A stretch of 64,000 nt of DNA from a virus, in IMG/VR virus record IMGVR_UViG_3300036799_000109, positions 5,172 to 69,171 of that record; one strand, written 5' to 3'. This document shows, one piece after another, positions 37,313-45,686 of this stretch (positions are counted from its first letter, which is position 1; each line of letters begins with the position of its first letter). The translations under genes and the position numbers were made by a program. The notes beneath the pieces are model-generated. The model was not told the origin of the DNA. It ran no database searches and worked only from the letters and a program-made list of their open reading frames with translations.

Positions 37313-38050
37313 TCAGCTGTGTTTGTAGGTGCTGATGCGGTACCGGCGCTTGTGGGTGTGACGGTGCAGCGCACGGTGGTAGGTGTAGTGCGACTTCGGG
37401 GTGTAGCGGTGACGGTGCAGCGTGTAGTGGTAGCGCGGGTAGCGGCGACGCTGACCGCGGGCGGCGTGGATGCGCAGGTACTCGTGGCTCGCGAGCGTCG
37501 CTCGCAGCACGGCGCGATGCTGCACAGTCGCCCTGCTCATCCGTCCACTTGCTCCCGTGATGCTGCTGCCTGCCCTGTGACCTGCGATGCGCAGGGCGCG
37601 TGCCTTCGCGAGCGCCCTGCGCGACGCGGCGATCTGCTTCGCGGTACGCGGATGGGTGCGTGCCTTGGCGCGGGCCTTGACGAGCGCGGCACGGTGCGCG
37701 GCGAGCTGTTTCGCGGTCTGGTGGCCCTTGCCGTGTCGGGCCCTGGCGACGAGACGGGCACGGGCGAGGTTCGCGCGGCTGGCGGCGAGCTGCCTCGCGG
37801 TGCGATGGCCCTTCGGGTGCCTGCGTTTCGCGGCGAGCCTGGCCTTCGCGAGGTTCGCGCGAGCAGCCGCCAGGCGCCGACCGGTGAGCTTGTCACCCCT
37901 GTGGACCCGGCCTTTGTCGAGGTTCCGGCGCGCTGCCGCGAGCTGACGCGCGGTACGCGGGCGACGGCGTTGCGCTGCGCGCGCCTTCGCGAGGTTCGCG
38001 CGTGCGGCGGCGAGCGCCCGCCCGCTGAGGTGCCGGGGACGCCGGGCCAC
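37313..38050 (-). CDS. Extremely basic repeat protein (protamine/histone-like)
   Basis: About 6 repeats of (T)AxQLAAxRxNLxKAR; His/Tyr/Arg-rich tail; almost no acidic residues. Confidence 0.7.
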   Translation of the reverse strand: MARRPRHLSGRALAAARANLAKARAAQRRRPRTARQLAAARRNLDKGRVHRGDKLTGRRLAAARANLAKARLAAKRRHPKGHRTARQLAASRANLARARLVARARHGKGHQTAKQLAAHRAALVKARAKARTHPRTAKQIAASRRALAKARALRIAGHRAGSSITGASGRMSRATVQHRAVLRATLASHEYLRIHAARGQRRRYPRYHYTLHRHRYTPKSHYTYHRALHRHTHKRRYRISTYKHS

Positions 38051-38121
38051 GGCTCACCCCCTGGAGATCCTTGTCCGAATCAGAGGGCGAACCGTGTCCG
38101 CAGTGATCGTCCCGGCGACGC

Positions 38122-38532
38122 CTACTTGCGGCGGCTGCTGCGCGACGCGGGCTCGTCGTCGTTTCCCTCGGCGCTCGCTGCCTCGGCGCGCGACTGCTGC
38201 GCTGAGGCGGTCCCACCGGGGTGCTCCTGGGAGTCCTGGATCGGGGACGCGGGCAGCGGCGACGGGTGCTGCACGTAGGTCTGCCCGACCACCGGGGACC
38301 CCTGCTGCGCTTCGAGATGGTTACGCGCGTCCTGGATCTGCTGCTGCAGGAAGTTCAGCGCATGGTCAGCGGCGATCCTTGCCTGGCCCTCGAGTTCTGT
38401 CACATGGGTGGAGAGACCGGCGAGCGCGCTCTCGACGTTGTTGACCAGGTTGCCGAGCACGGTCGTCGAGGCGTGCGCGGGCTCGGTCGTGGCGTGCTGG
38501 TCGGCGACAGGTCCAACTTGCGGGCTGGTCAC
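38122..38532 (-). CDS. Hypothetical coiled-coil protein
   Basis: AGGAGG RBS, GTG start MTSPQVG. Confidence 0.65.
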   Translation of the reverse strand: MTSPQVGPVADQHATTEPAHASTTVLGNLVNNVESALAGLSTHVTELEGQARIAADHALNFLQQQIQDARNHLEAQQGSPVVGQTYVQHPSPLPASPIQDSQEHPGGTASAQQSRAEAASAEGNDDEPASRSSRRK

Positions 38533-38551
38533 GGTTGTCCTCCTGGGATGG

Positions 38552-40030
38552 TCAGGCCGCACGGTTGTGCAGCAGACGGTGGTAGCGGTCGGTGATGGCG
38601 CGACGGAAACGGGACTCGGCAGGCGACTCGGGCTTCCCCGGTTTCGAGGGCTGGTCGTCAGCAGGCTCGTCGGGTTCGTCGTCGTCAGCGGGTTTGCCCG
38701 CGGCCGGGGCAGGGGCTTGCTTCGCGGTGAGCGCAGCCTTGCTGGCCTCGACGACATCGGCCCACCGGATGATCGTGGACTTGTCGATGATCACGTGCTC
38801 CTCGCCACCGGATTCCTTGCCCACCGGGGGCTCGCCGATGTCGACGAGGTAGTCATCCAGCGTCCAGACACCGTTGCGCAGGCGTTGATCGCGAATGTCC
38901 TCCACGACCTTGTCGTCGCGCCAGTCGTAGTCGTGCAGGATCAGTGACCAGCCGCTGATCCCGAAGGCCTGCCGGGTCAGGGCGTAGTTGAGCTTCTCCA
39001 GCACCAGTTCCGCCACAGGCCCGCAGGTGTTGACGCGGAACGTCTTGTCCTGCGACGGGCCTGTGCCGCCGCCGAGGTTGCCGGCTTCGATGACGCCGAC
39101 CTTCGCGGGCGGCACACCTGCCTCGCTCAGGATCGTGTCGCGCGTCTGATCCATGATCGACAGGTAGTCGCCGAGTTTCCCCGGCTGCAGCTCAGTGAGG
39201 TTCGCCCCGCCGCGCGTGGTCACCGGGTTGCCGATGTTGTCCGGGCCGAGGTTGCGGGTGCGGTACTGCGCGCGCCATTCGCGCACCTCGGAGATGGACA
39301 CTTCCAGCGGCCAGTCGATAGCGAGATGCGGCGGGTTGCCGCGCGCCATCGTGCTCTTGAGGACACCAGCCGCGTAGAGCCAGATCTTCACCGGCAGCAG
39401 CGCTTTCTGCGCCACCCCGACCCCGTAGAGCGAGCCGTACGGGCTGTCCATGCTGATGTGCACGACCTCGCGCGGCTTGAAGGTCACCTCACGCCGGTCG
39501 AGGGCCTGCAGATAGCCGCTGACCTGGCCGTGTTCGTCGGCGAGCACGGTCATCGTCGCCGGGTCGAGCAGGTACAGCGCCACCGGCAGGCCGAGGAGCC
39601 AGACGACCTCCACGAAGGCGTCACCGTAGATCTGCAGGTCCGTGACCACGCCACGCAGCAGCTGACGGATGTCCATCTGCGGGTTGCAGTAGTCGAGCAG
39701 GTCCTGCAGGGCCTGCACGTCAGGCGGGCGAGTCGGCTGGCCGGCCTCGGCGTCCTCGTTCTCGTCGTCAGGGCGGATCTGCAGCCCGCCCGCGGTCACG
39801 GTGCGGGCCACGGTGTCGATCGGCGCCGACAGCCACGGGCAGCCGATGTAGGCCTCGCGCAGCTGCGACATGAACTCGCCGCGGGACACCGGGTAGGCGC
39901 CACCGGGCTGGACCTGAGTGCTGCCGCCGAGCGGCACGTCGACGTCGAACCCTGCGCGCTTCGGCGTGCGCTGCTCAGGGATCTTCGGGGCGGCCTCCAG
40001 CACCGAGAGCGCCCCGGTTGCCGCCAGCAT
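38552..40030 (-). CDS. Portal protein
   Basis: DLQIYGDAFVEV, LYLLDP, EVVHI, LYGVG, GVPPAKVG motifs. Confidence 0.9.
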   Translation of the reverse strand: MLAATGALSVLEAAPKIPEQRTPKRAGFDVDVPLGGSTQVQPGGAYPVSRGEFMSQLREAYIGCPWLSAPIDTVARTVTAGGLQIRPDDENEDAEAGQPTRPPDVQALQDLLDYCNPQMDIRQLLRGVVTDLQIYGDAFVEVVWLLGLPVALYLLDPATMTVLADEHGQVSGYLQALDRREVTFKPREVVHISMDSPYGSLYGVGVAQKALLPVKIWLYAAGVLKSTMARGNPPHLAIDWPLEVSISEVREWRAQYRTRNLGPDNIGNPVTTRGGANLTELQPGKLGDYLSIMDQTRDTILSEAGVPPAKVGVIEAGNLGGGTGPSQDKTFRVNTCGPVAELVLEKLNYALTRQAFGISGWSLILHDYDWRDDKVVEDIRDQRLRNGVWTLDDYLVDIGEPPVGKESGGEEHVIIDKSTIIRWADVVEASKAALTAKQAPAPAAGKPADDDEPDEPADDQPSKPGKPESPAESRFRRAITDRYHRLLHNRAA

Positions 40031-40275
40031 CAGGTCACCTGTTCAGCGGCGACTCGCTGGGTGTACTTCACGCGGTCGCGTTCGACGTAGGTCTCGCCAG
40101 GTGCGGCGGGCTCGCTGCCCTGCCCTGCGCGCAGGTGCACGTCACCGAACTTCAAGGTCCGCTTGTCCGCGTCGAGCAGCAGGCCGTCGAAGACACCACC
40201 GTCGATCAGGAACACCAGCAGGCGTGTGCGCACGTGCGCCAGGCCGCGCATGATCCTGTCTTCGCGCCACGCCAC
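40030..40275 (-). CDS. Small Sm-like hypothetical protein before portal
   Basis: FDGLLLDAD...TYVERDRVKYTQ. Confidence 0.65.
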   Translation of the reverse strand: MAWREDRIMRGLAHVRTRLLVFLIDGGVFDGLLLDADKRTLKFGDVHLRAGQGSEPAAPGETYVERDRVKYTQRVAAEQVT

Positions 40276-40407
40276 GGTGATCCTCCGCTAGTCATCGACG
40301 AGCCAGCCGCCACGCTGCGCGCACCGCCAGGGCGAGCATGATCAGCCCGCCCAGTTGCAGCACGCACCCGTCGTCACGGTGATCCCGGTGGTGTCCGTAC
40401 AGGCGGC

Positions 40408-40776
40408 TCACGCGGGGTAGTGCCAGGTGCCGCCTGGGTAGTTGCGGCCGGTGCACGACCACGCTGCCCAATTGCCGCCTTCGTCATGCGGGACTCCACC
40501 GAGGGCCAGGGGGTGGAAGAAGGTCCCGGTCGGATTGGAGACCTCCAGGCCGACGAGGGTCCCGTCCCACCGCTGCGTGACCAGGCGACGTCGCACCCCG
40601 TCTTCGACGACCAGGTCCTGCACGTCCTCAGTGGTCCAGCCACCGCCGATTTCGGTGATCTTCGCGGCGCGGCACTGCTGCGTGTAGGCCTGCGTGCCGT
40701 CGTCGCGGATCGGGGTGCCGTGGCTGACGTAGTGCACGTCCTCGCCGACCGCGGCGAGCTGATGTTCGTCAGACAT
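40408..40776 (-). CDS. Hypothetical phage protein
   Basis: VGEDVHYVSHGTP...RAAKITE...GGTWHYP. Confidence 0.7.
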   Translation of the reverse strand: MSDEHQLAAVGEDVHYVSHGTPIRDDGTQAYTQQCRAAKITEIGGGWTTEDVQDLVVEDGVRRRLVTQRWDGTLVGLEVSNPTGTFFHPLALGGVPHDEGGNWAAWSCTGRNYPGGTWHYPA

Positions 40777-41062
40777 TCCAGTGCCAGGTTCCCGGCTCGT
40801 CGCCGTTGCGACGTGACGTCGCCCAGTAGTTGTCCGGGCCGTCGAGGAACACCTGCCCGTTGACCAGGTCCTCGGTGAACACCTGTGTGACGATCATCGG
40901 GAAGGCGGCGCCCTCACTGATCGAGTTGGCGCTGATCGAGAGGTTCTCGCGGCGGGCGTTGATGTTCTCGACGTCGGTGTCGGTGAGGACGTAGGAGACG
41001 ATCCGTCCGACTGTCACCTGGGGATGCGCCGGCACAGCGGGCGCCGCGGTGTCGCCGTCCAT
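40769..41062 (-). CDS. Hypothetical phage protein
   Basis: TVGRIVSY...VNGQVFLDG...PGTWHW. Confidence 0.7.
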   Translation of the reverse strand: MDGDTAAPAVPAHPQVTVGRIVSYVLTDTDVENINARRENLSISANSISEGAAFPMIVTQVFTEDLVNGQVFLDGPDNYWATSRRNGDEPGTWHWNV

Positions 41063-41310
41063 CAGCGGTGGTCGAGGTCGTTGGCGATCGGCACGTTCAC
41101 GTCGTGCACGTCGACGGGCACGGTGATCGGCGCGTTGACGGCGGCGTGCACTGGGATGCAGGTGTGCGCGTCCTCGCAGGCGATGCGCTGGCTGTTGTCC
41201 GCGTCGGCAGCGGCGACACCGCTCATGCCGACGACGGCCAGTGCTGCGGTAGCGGCGCTGGCGGTGAGGACGCGGACGGTTCTGAACGTGGTCGAGCGGT
41301 GACGCGACAC
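41062..41310 (-). CDS. Small secreted chaplin-like protein
   Basis: Signal peptide ending VAAA-D; mature part CIPVHAAVNAPITVPVDVHDVNVPI. Confidence 0.55.
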   Translation of the reverse strand: MSRHRSTTFRTVRVLTASAATAALAVVGMSGVAAADADNSQRIACEDAHTCIPVHAAVNAPITVPVDVHDVNVPIANDLDHR

Positions 41311-41561
41311 AGGGAAGGTCCCTTCAACGCGGGGCTGATCGCGCCCCGGCGCCCTGGATTGATCAAGTTCCGTGGTGGGCGTCCGGGGCTGCGATCAGCC
41401 ACTGGGGGTGGGGGTTCGGGCCTCAAATACGAGCACCCCGTGGCCTTTGGGGGCCGCGGGGTGCTGGTAGGACCATCGTGCGCATACGCACACGTCTGGC
41501 AGGCGCAGACTGTTGCACGTCACAAGAATGATTCGCAACCATGACGCGCGGTATGTGAACT

Positions 41562-43187
41562 TCACACCTGCGCCCAGGTGCCGTCTTCCTGCTGAGTCAG
41601 CTCCCGTATCCCGTGCCTGTGCAGGTCAGACGCTTTCCATCCGTAGCCTCCTATGTCTGTGAGCGTCTTGTCCGAATCGGCCGGTTCGTCGTCGAACACC
41701 TGCTGTGGGGCGGTCCCTACCGCCATAAGCAGGTATCGCAACGCGTCGTACCAGTGATCAGGGGCATCGGTGTTGACGTCCTCAATTCGATTCGGGTCAC
41801 GCGGCAGCTCGCCGACCGTGTTGAGCAGGTCCCGGCAGCCGTCGAACACGTGCAGCATCGGGCACAGCGCCCAGCCCAGGGACCGGTGATACACGCACGC
41901 CGGCCCTTCGGAGAGGTAACTGTGCACGCGGGCCTTCCCGGTGATCCGGTCGTTATCCGCTTTGCGAAGCGCCAGGCCTTCAAGCGCAATCTGAGTAGCG
42001 GGCGGCAACGCTTCGCCGTGCTTCCCCCACATCGCCGGGTCGGCTGCCACCGGGCGCGGCACCTGCCCGTCCTCCGCGCACACACCGAGGATCCGTTTCG
42101 CCTGCAACTTCTCCGGGGTCTGCACCATGCTCAGCTCCCGGTACACCCACATGCGCCCGTCGTTGTCCTTGGCCGCGGCGAGGAACACACTCGGCGCGGC
42201 CCACCCGTAGTCCAGGCCGCCGTAGCGCATCCAGGACTGCGGCACCGGGAACCTCGGCACCCTGATCCGTTCCAGCCGCCAGTCCGGGAACGCCTGATCA
42301 GGCATCACCGACCAGTCACCATCGGCGATCATCCGGCGCAGCTCCGGGTCCTCGATCCCGGCCAGGGTCGCCCCGTAGTCCCCGATGAACGGGTTGTCCG
42401 ACACCTTCGCCGGTATGAAGATCACCCGGCGGCCGGCGCCGTCGACCAGCTCCTTCTCCCCGTAGTCCGTGGGCACCACGTACCGGCGCTTCACATTCCC
42501 GTGGCCGATGTTGCCGGGGTTGCTCGCCGACCGGATCCCGAGGCACGGCACACCGGGCACACCGGAGCGAACACGCGTGTACAGCAGGTCCACCACGTCC
42601 GGGCTCATCGTCGTTCGCTCGTCCAGCAGCAGCAGATTGATCTCCGCAGACAGCAGGGCCGAGGCCTCCTGCACGTTCTTCGCATGCCCGAAGGTGATGA
42701 TCGACCCCCCGGGGAAATGCAACTCGTGCTTCCCGCCGTGCCAGTGCGTGCCGAACACCTCGGCGTACCGGTACCGGGCCAGCATCCTGATCACCGACTG
42801 GTTCAGCTCAGGGAACGACCGGCGAAACCAGAACGTCTGCAAGCCGGGGAACCTCACCGAGGCTTGAATCGCGAACATCAACAGCGAGTGCGACTTCCCG
42901 CCGCCGCCTGCCCCGCCGTAGAAGATGTCCATGTTCTCCCAGGGCAGATCCAGGAACCTCTCCTGCGGACACTGCCCGCACCGCGGCGGGATCTCCTCAC
43001 CGGCTTCCGCGGCCGCGTGCTGCACCCGGCAGTTCGGCTCGAACCCGAGCTTCCCGAACACGTCCACGCGCCGGTTCGCCTCAGCCTGCCGGCGCTCCTT
43101 CTCCTCCTGCAGCCGGCGCAACTCATGCAACTTCCGGAGCCGCTCATCGCGCAGAGTCCTGGACGGCCCTGTACCGGGCGAAACCAC
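41562..43187 (-). CDS. terL: Terminase large subunit
   Basis: Walker A YGGAGGGGKS, LLLDE, ASNPG, nuclease GLDYG, ADPA, DHWYDALRY. Confidence 0.95.
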   Translation of the reverse strand: MVSPGTGPSRTLRDERLRKLHELRRLQEEKERRQAEANRRVDVFGKLGFEPNCRVQHAAAEAGEEIPPRCGQCPQERFLDLPWENMDIFYGGAGGGGKSHSLLMFAIQASVRFPGLQTFWFRRSFPELNQSVIRMLARYRYAEVFGTHWHGGKHELHFPGGSIITFGHAKNVQEASALLSAEINLLLLDERTTMSPDVVDLLYTRVRSGVPGVPCLGIRSASNPGNIGHGNVKRRYVVPTDYGEKELVDGAGRRVIFIPAKVSDNPFIGDYGATLAGIEDPELRRMIADGDWSVMPDQAFPDWRLERIRVPRFPVPQSWMRYGGLDYGWAAPSVFLAAAKDNDGRMWVYRELSMVQTPEKLQAKRILGVCAEDGQVPRPVAADPAMWGKHGEALPPATQIALEGLALRKADNDRITGKARVHSYLSEGPACVYHRSLGWALCPMLHVFDGCRDLLNTVGELPRDPNRIEDVNTDAPDHWYDALRYLLMAVGTAPQQVFDDEPADSDKTLTDIGGYGWKASDLHRHGIRELTQQEDGTWAQV

Positions 43188-43326
43188 GGGCTGTACCTCC
43201 GGGTGGGGGAGATGTTCTCCGGAAGATAACCCGGAGCCCCGAAAACCCTTCGGACAACTCTCACGGCAGTGGCCGCTGTGCGCGGTCGTTTGTGCTTTTT
43301 GGATCGTCGGTGACTGTGTGTCAGAG

Positions 43327-43358
43327 AGGCTGAGCGCTCAGTGTTGAGCGCTCAGCCT
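43327..43358. terminator. Hairpin terminator of the CC-void gene
   Basis: AGGCTGAGCGCTCA gtgt TGAGCGCTCAGCCT. Confidence 0.7.
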
Positions 43359-43370
43359 GTCTGTGTGCTG

Positions 43371-43832
43371 CTAGGACGCTGCTAGGACGCTCTCGTCTGC
43401 GACGTCGATCTCGACGCTCGCTGCGTCGATCTCAGCCTGTGCGCGTGCCTCTTGCTCTGCGTTGAGTGCTGCGATCGCGTTGCGCATGTCTGCCTGATAG
43501 GCGAGTGACTCGATCGAGTTGCCTTTCGCAGCTGTGAGGCGTGCAGTTGCGCGAGGTAGGAGCGCGCTCAGGTGCGTGTCGTCAAGCACTGTGACGTTGT
43601 CGCCTGTGAGGCAGATCGTGCTGTAGGACATGCGTGCCTTGCTATCGACACGCGTGTGCAGGATCGACACGAACGCTGCGTAGGTGTCTGTGTCGACGTC
43701 GATCTCTCCTCGCGCGAGGTCAGGCAGCTCAGCCTTGCTGAGGTTGCGAGTGTTGATTGTGTGCGTGTCGATCGCTGCAGGCGTGTCGATCACTGCAGTG
43801 TCGTTGACCTGCGTGCTCTTGCGTGCGCTCAT
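43371..43832 (-). CDS. Hypothetical protein encoded entirely within the CC[ACG]-free island
   Basis: 153 aa, GAGGAG RBS, own terminator; no Trp, all Pro codons CCT. Confidence 0.75.
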   Translation of the reverse strand: MSARKSTQVNDTAVIDTPAAIDTHTINTRNLSKAELPDLARGEIDVDTDTYAAFVSILHTRVDSKARMSYSTICLTGDNVTVLDDTHLSALLPRATARLTAAKGNSIESLAYQADMRNAIAALNAEQEARAQAEIDAASVEIDVADESVLAAS

Positions 43833-43871
43833 GTCCTGCTCCTCAGCTAGGTGAGTCAGCGTTTTGTGACT

Positions 43872-43991
43872 CTCACTGAGTATGTCGCTATCGACACTCG
43901 TTGTGTTACCTGATCTCGTGTGATCGCGCTCACACTATCGACACGCGTTGTGCGTAACACTACGCGTGTCGATAGCGACATACTCAGTGAG
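43872..43991. promoter_or_regulatory. 26-bp perfect inverted repeat with nested repeat in divergent promoter region
   Basis: CTCACTGAGTATGTCGCTATCGACAC ... GTGTCGATAGCGACATACTCAGTGAG; internal CTATCGACACGCGT/ACGCGTGTCGATAG. Confidence 0.75.
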
Positions 43992-44028
43992 CGTCGCAGC
44001 GCGCGACGCAAGAGGCTGAGGAGCAACG

Positions 44029-44352
44029 ATGGACCTACGCGAGACAGCAGCGGTCGCAGTGATCGCAGGCGGAATCTTCTTCACGGGAGCGGCGACAGCG
44101 AACGCGGTACACGGCGAGCCGGCGCAGCCTCAATCGGTGACGGTGCAGGCGCCTGCACCCCAGGTCGTGTCGGTGCAGGCGCCCGCGCCTCGCGTCGTGT
44201 CGGTGCCTGAGGTGCCTGCCGGCGACGTGACCTGGCCTTGGGTGGTCACGCACAACGAGCTGGGCACCTTCAGCTGGCAGGTCAACGCGATGGGCGACAA
44301 GGTGCTGGTGTTCTGCCCCGCGGGCTGGGGAGACGTTGCCTGTGGCGCGTAG
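44029..44352 (+). CDS. Small secreted protein with VQAPAP repeats
   Basis: GAGGAG RBS, signal peptide (ATANA), terminator hairpin at 44367-44404. Confidence 0.7.
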   Translation: MDLRETAAVAVIAGGIFFTGAATANAVHGEPAQPQSVTVQAPAPQVVSVQAPAPRVVSVPEVPAGDVTWPWVVTHNELGTFSWQVNAMGDKVLVFCPAGWGDVACGA

Positions 44353-44479
44353 CTAGTCGCCCGGAGAGCGTGTCGATCGCTATTCGTATAGCGGTCGACA
44401 CGCTTTCGCGTGCCGGCGAGCGGCGCGAGCTCCACCCGCCCGTCCGTCCGCGAGCGGCGGCCGGCGCGGCGGCAGCGGT

Positions 44480-44720
44480 GGCACGGCTGGCCCGGCCACG
44501 CGGTTGGCCCGGCCGTGGTTGGCCGTGGTTGGCCGGTGTTGGCCGGTCGGTGGCCGGGTGGCTGTGGCTCCAGGGACTCCAGGGTCCGTGGTCCGTGGTT
44601 GGCCGGCTCCGTGGTCCGGGTGGTTCCAGGGAGCTCCACGGTCCCCGGCCACTCCAGGGACGCCGAGCACAAAACCGTCCACCCGGCCACGCTCCAGGGC
44701 GGGACCGGGTGGACGGGTGG
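44480..44720. repeat. Non-coding array of TGGCC/CCGG and CTCCAGGG repeats
   Basis: Several TTGGCC units; CTCCAGGG at 44568, 44577, 44652, 44692. Confidence 0.75.
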
Positions 44721-44731
44721 AGCTCGAGGGA

Positions 44732-44914
44732 CTACTGGACGATCTCGGCCCCGGTGTAGACGTGCACGGCGTCCTGCGCGGCCTGCGTGTGCCGCCACGC
44801 CACGACGGTGACCTGGTGCAGGTCGGTGATGCGGGCGCACGCGGTCTCGGGGTCGGCGGCGTCGATCCGGTGCACGGTGCCGGCGCTGTCGCGGATCTCG
44901 AACATCATGGTCAC
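44732..44914 (-). CDS. Hypothetical protein
   Basis: 60 aa, GTGA-coupled. Confidence 0.6.
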   Translation of the reverse strand: MTMMFEIRDSAGTVHRIDAADPETACARITDLHQVTVVAWRHTQAAQDAVHVYTGAEIVQ

Positions 44915-45036
44915 TGGCCGTCTTCCGGGGTGCGGTGGTTGAGGATGGACGTCATCGCGCAGATCGCCACCACGAGCGCGGCGGTGCCGATGCTGATCGG
45001 CGGGCTGATCGTCACGAACACCCAGGCGCTGGTCAT
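44911..45036 (-). CDS. Small TM protein
   Basis: MTSAWVFVTISPPISIGTAALVVAICAM..., ATGA overlap. Confidence 0.45.
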   Translation of the reverse strand: MTSAWVFVTISPPISIGTAALVVAICAMTSILNHRTPEDGQ

Positions 45037-45182
45037 GACGTGGGCGAACACGGGTCCTCCTTCGGGCCGTCCGGGTCGGGGGCCTGGTCGTAGATGACGG
45101 CCGCGGTGCCGACGAGGGTGACCAGGAGCAGTGCGTAGATGGCGTAGGCGGCGGCGTTGTTGAGCACCTCGTGGATGGTCAT
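45033..45182 (-). CDS. Small TM protein
   Basis: MTIHEVLNNAAAYAIYALLLVTLVG..., ATGA overlap. Confidence 0.5.
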   Translation of the reverse strand: MTIHEVLNNAAAYAIYALLLVTLVGTAAVIYDQAPDPDGPKEDPCSPTS

Positions 45183-45577
45183 GACCGTCCACTCCAGTTC
45201 GGGTTGAACGGGCACTCGCCGAGGTTGAGGTGGACGCCGGGGTTGATGAGGGTGAAGTGCGCGGCGAAGTCGGCCTCGGTGACGAGCAGCTGCTCGCAGC
45301 CGGTGCAGCGGCACTCGCAGGGGGTGTTCTGGAGGGCGCGGCGGTCGTCCTGGTTCAGGTAGTCCCACTTGGTGTAGCGGGCCTGGTGCACGGAGCCGGG
45401 GTGCGTGGGGTCGGTCAGCCAGGCCTGGAGGACGTTGATGCTGGGCAGTACTTCCACGTCGGACTCGGTTTCGAGGTATTCGAGGTGGTCGTCGAGCGTC
45501 CACTCGGGGTGGCACTGGGCGGACTGCCAGGCGACGCGGAAGGCCGGCATGTCGCGCTTCTCGGTCAGAGTGGTCAT
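45179..45577 (-). CDS. Hypothetical Cys-rich protein
   Basis: AAGGAGATCACC RBS; CECRCTGC...H...C. Confidence 0.7.
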   Translation of the reverse strand: MTTLTEKRDMPAFRVAWQSAQCHPEWTLDDHLEYLETESDVEVLPSINVLQAWLTDPTHPGSVHQARYTKWDYLNQDDRRALQNTPCECRCTGCEQLLVTEADFAAHFTLINPGVHLNLGECPFNPNWSGRS

Positions 45578-45627
45578 GGTGATCTCCTTGCGGGTGGGGG
45601 AGTGGCCTGGGCGCGCAGCTCCTGTGA

Positions 45628-45670
45628 GACGGCCAGGTCCTCGGCTGAGGAGGACGGGGACCTGGCCGTC
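45628..45670. terminator. Hairpin terminator
   Basis: GACGGCCAGGTCC/GGACCTGGCCGTC. Confidence 0.6.
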
Positions 45671-45686
45671 AGGCAGGTGGTGCTGA

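Noticed and set aside
43311-44029. CC-void explained as simple low GC or Cas9 NGG-PAM avoidance
   Set aside because: The region is still rich in CG/GC dinucleotides and keeps many AGG/CCT, which are valid NGG PAMs.
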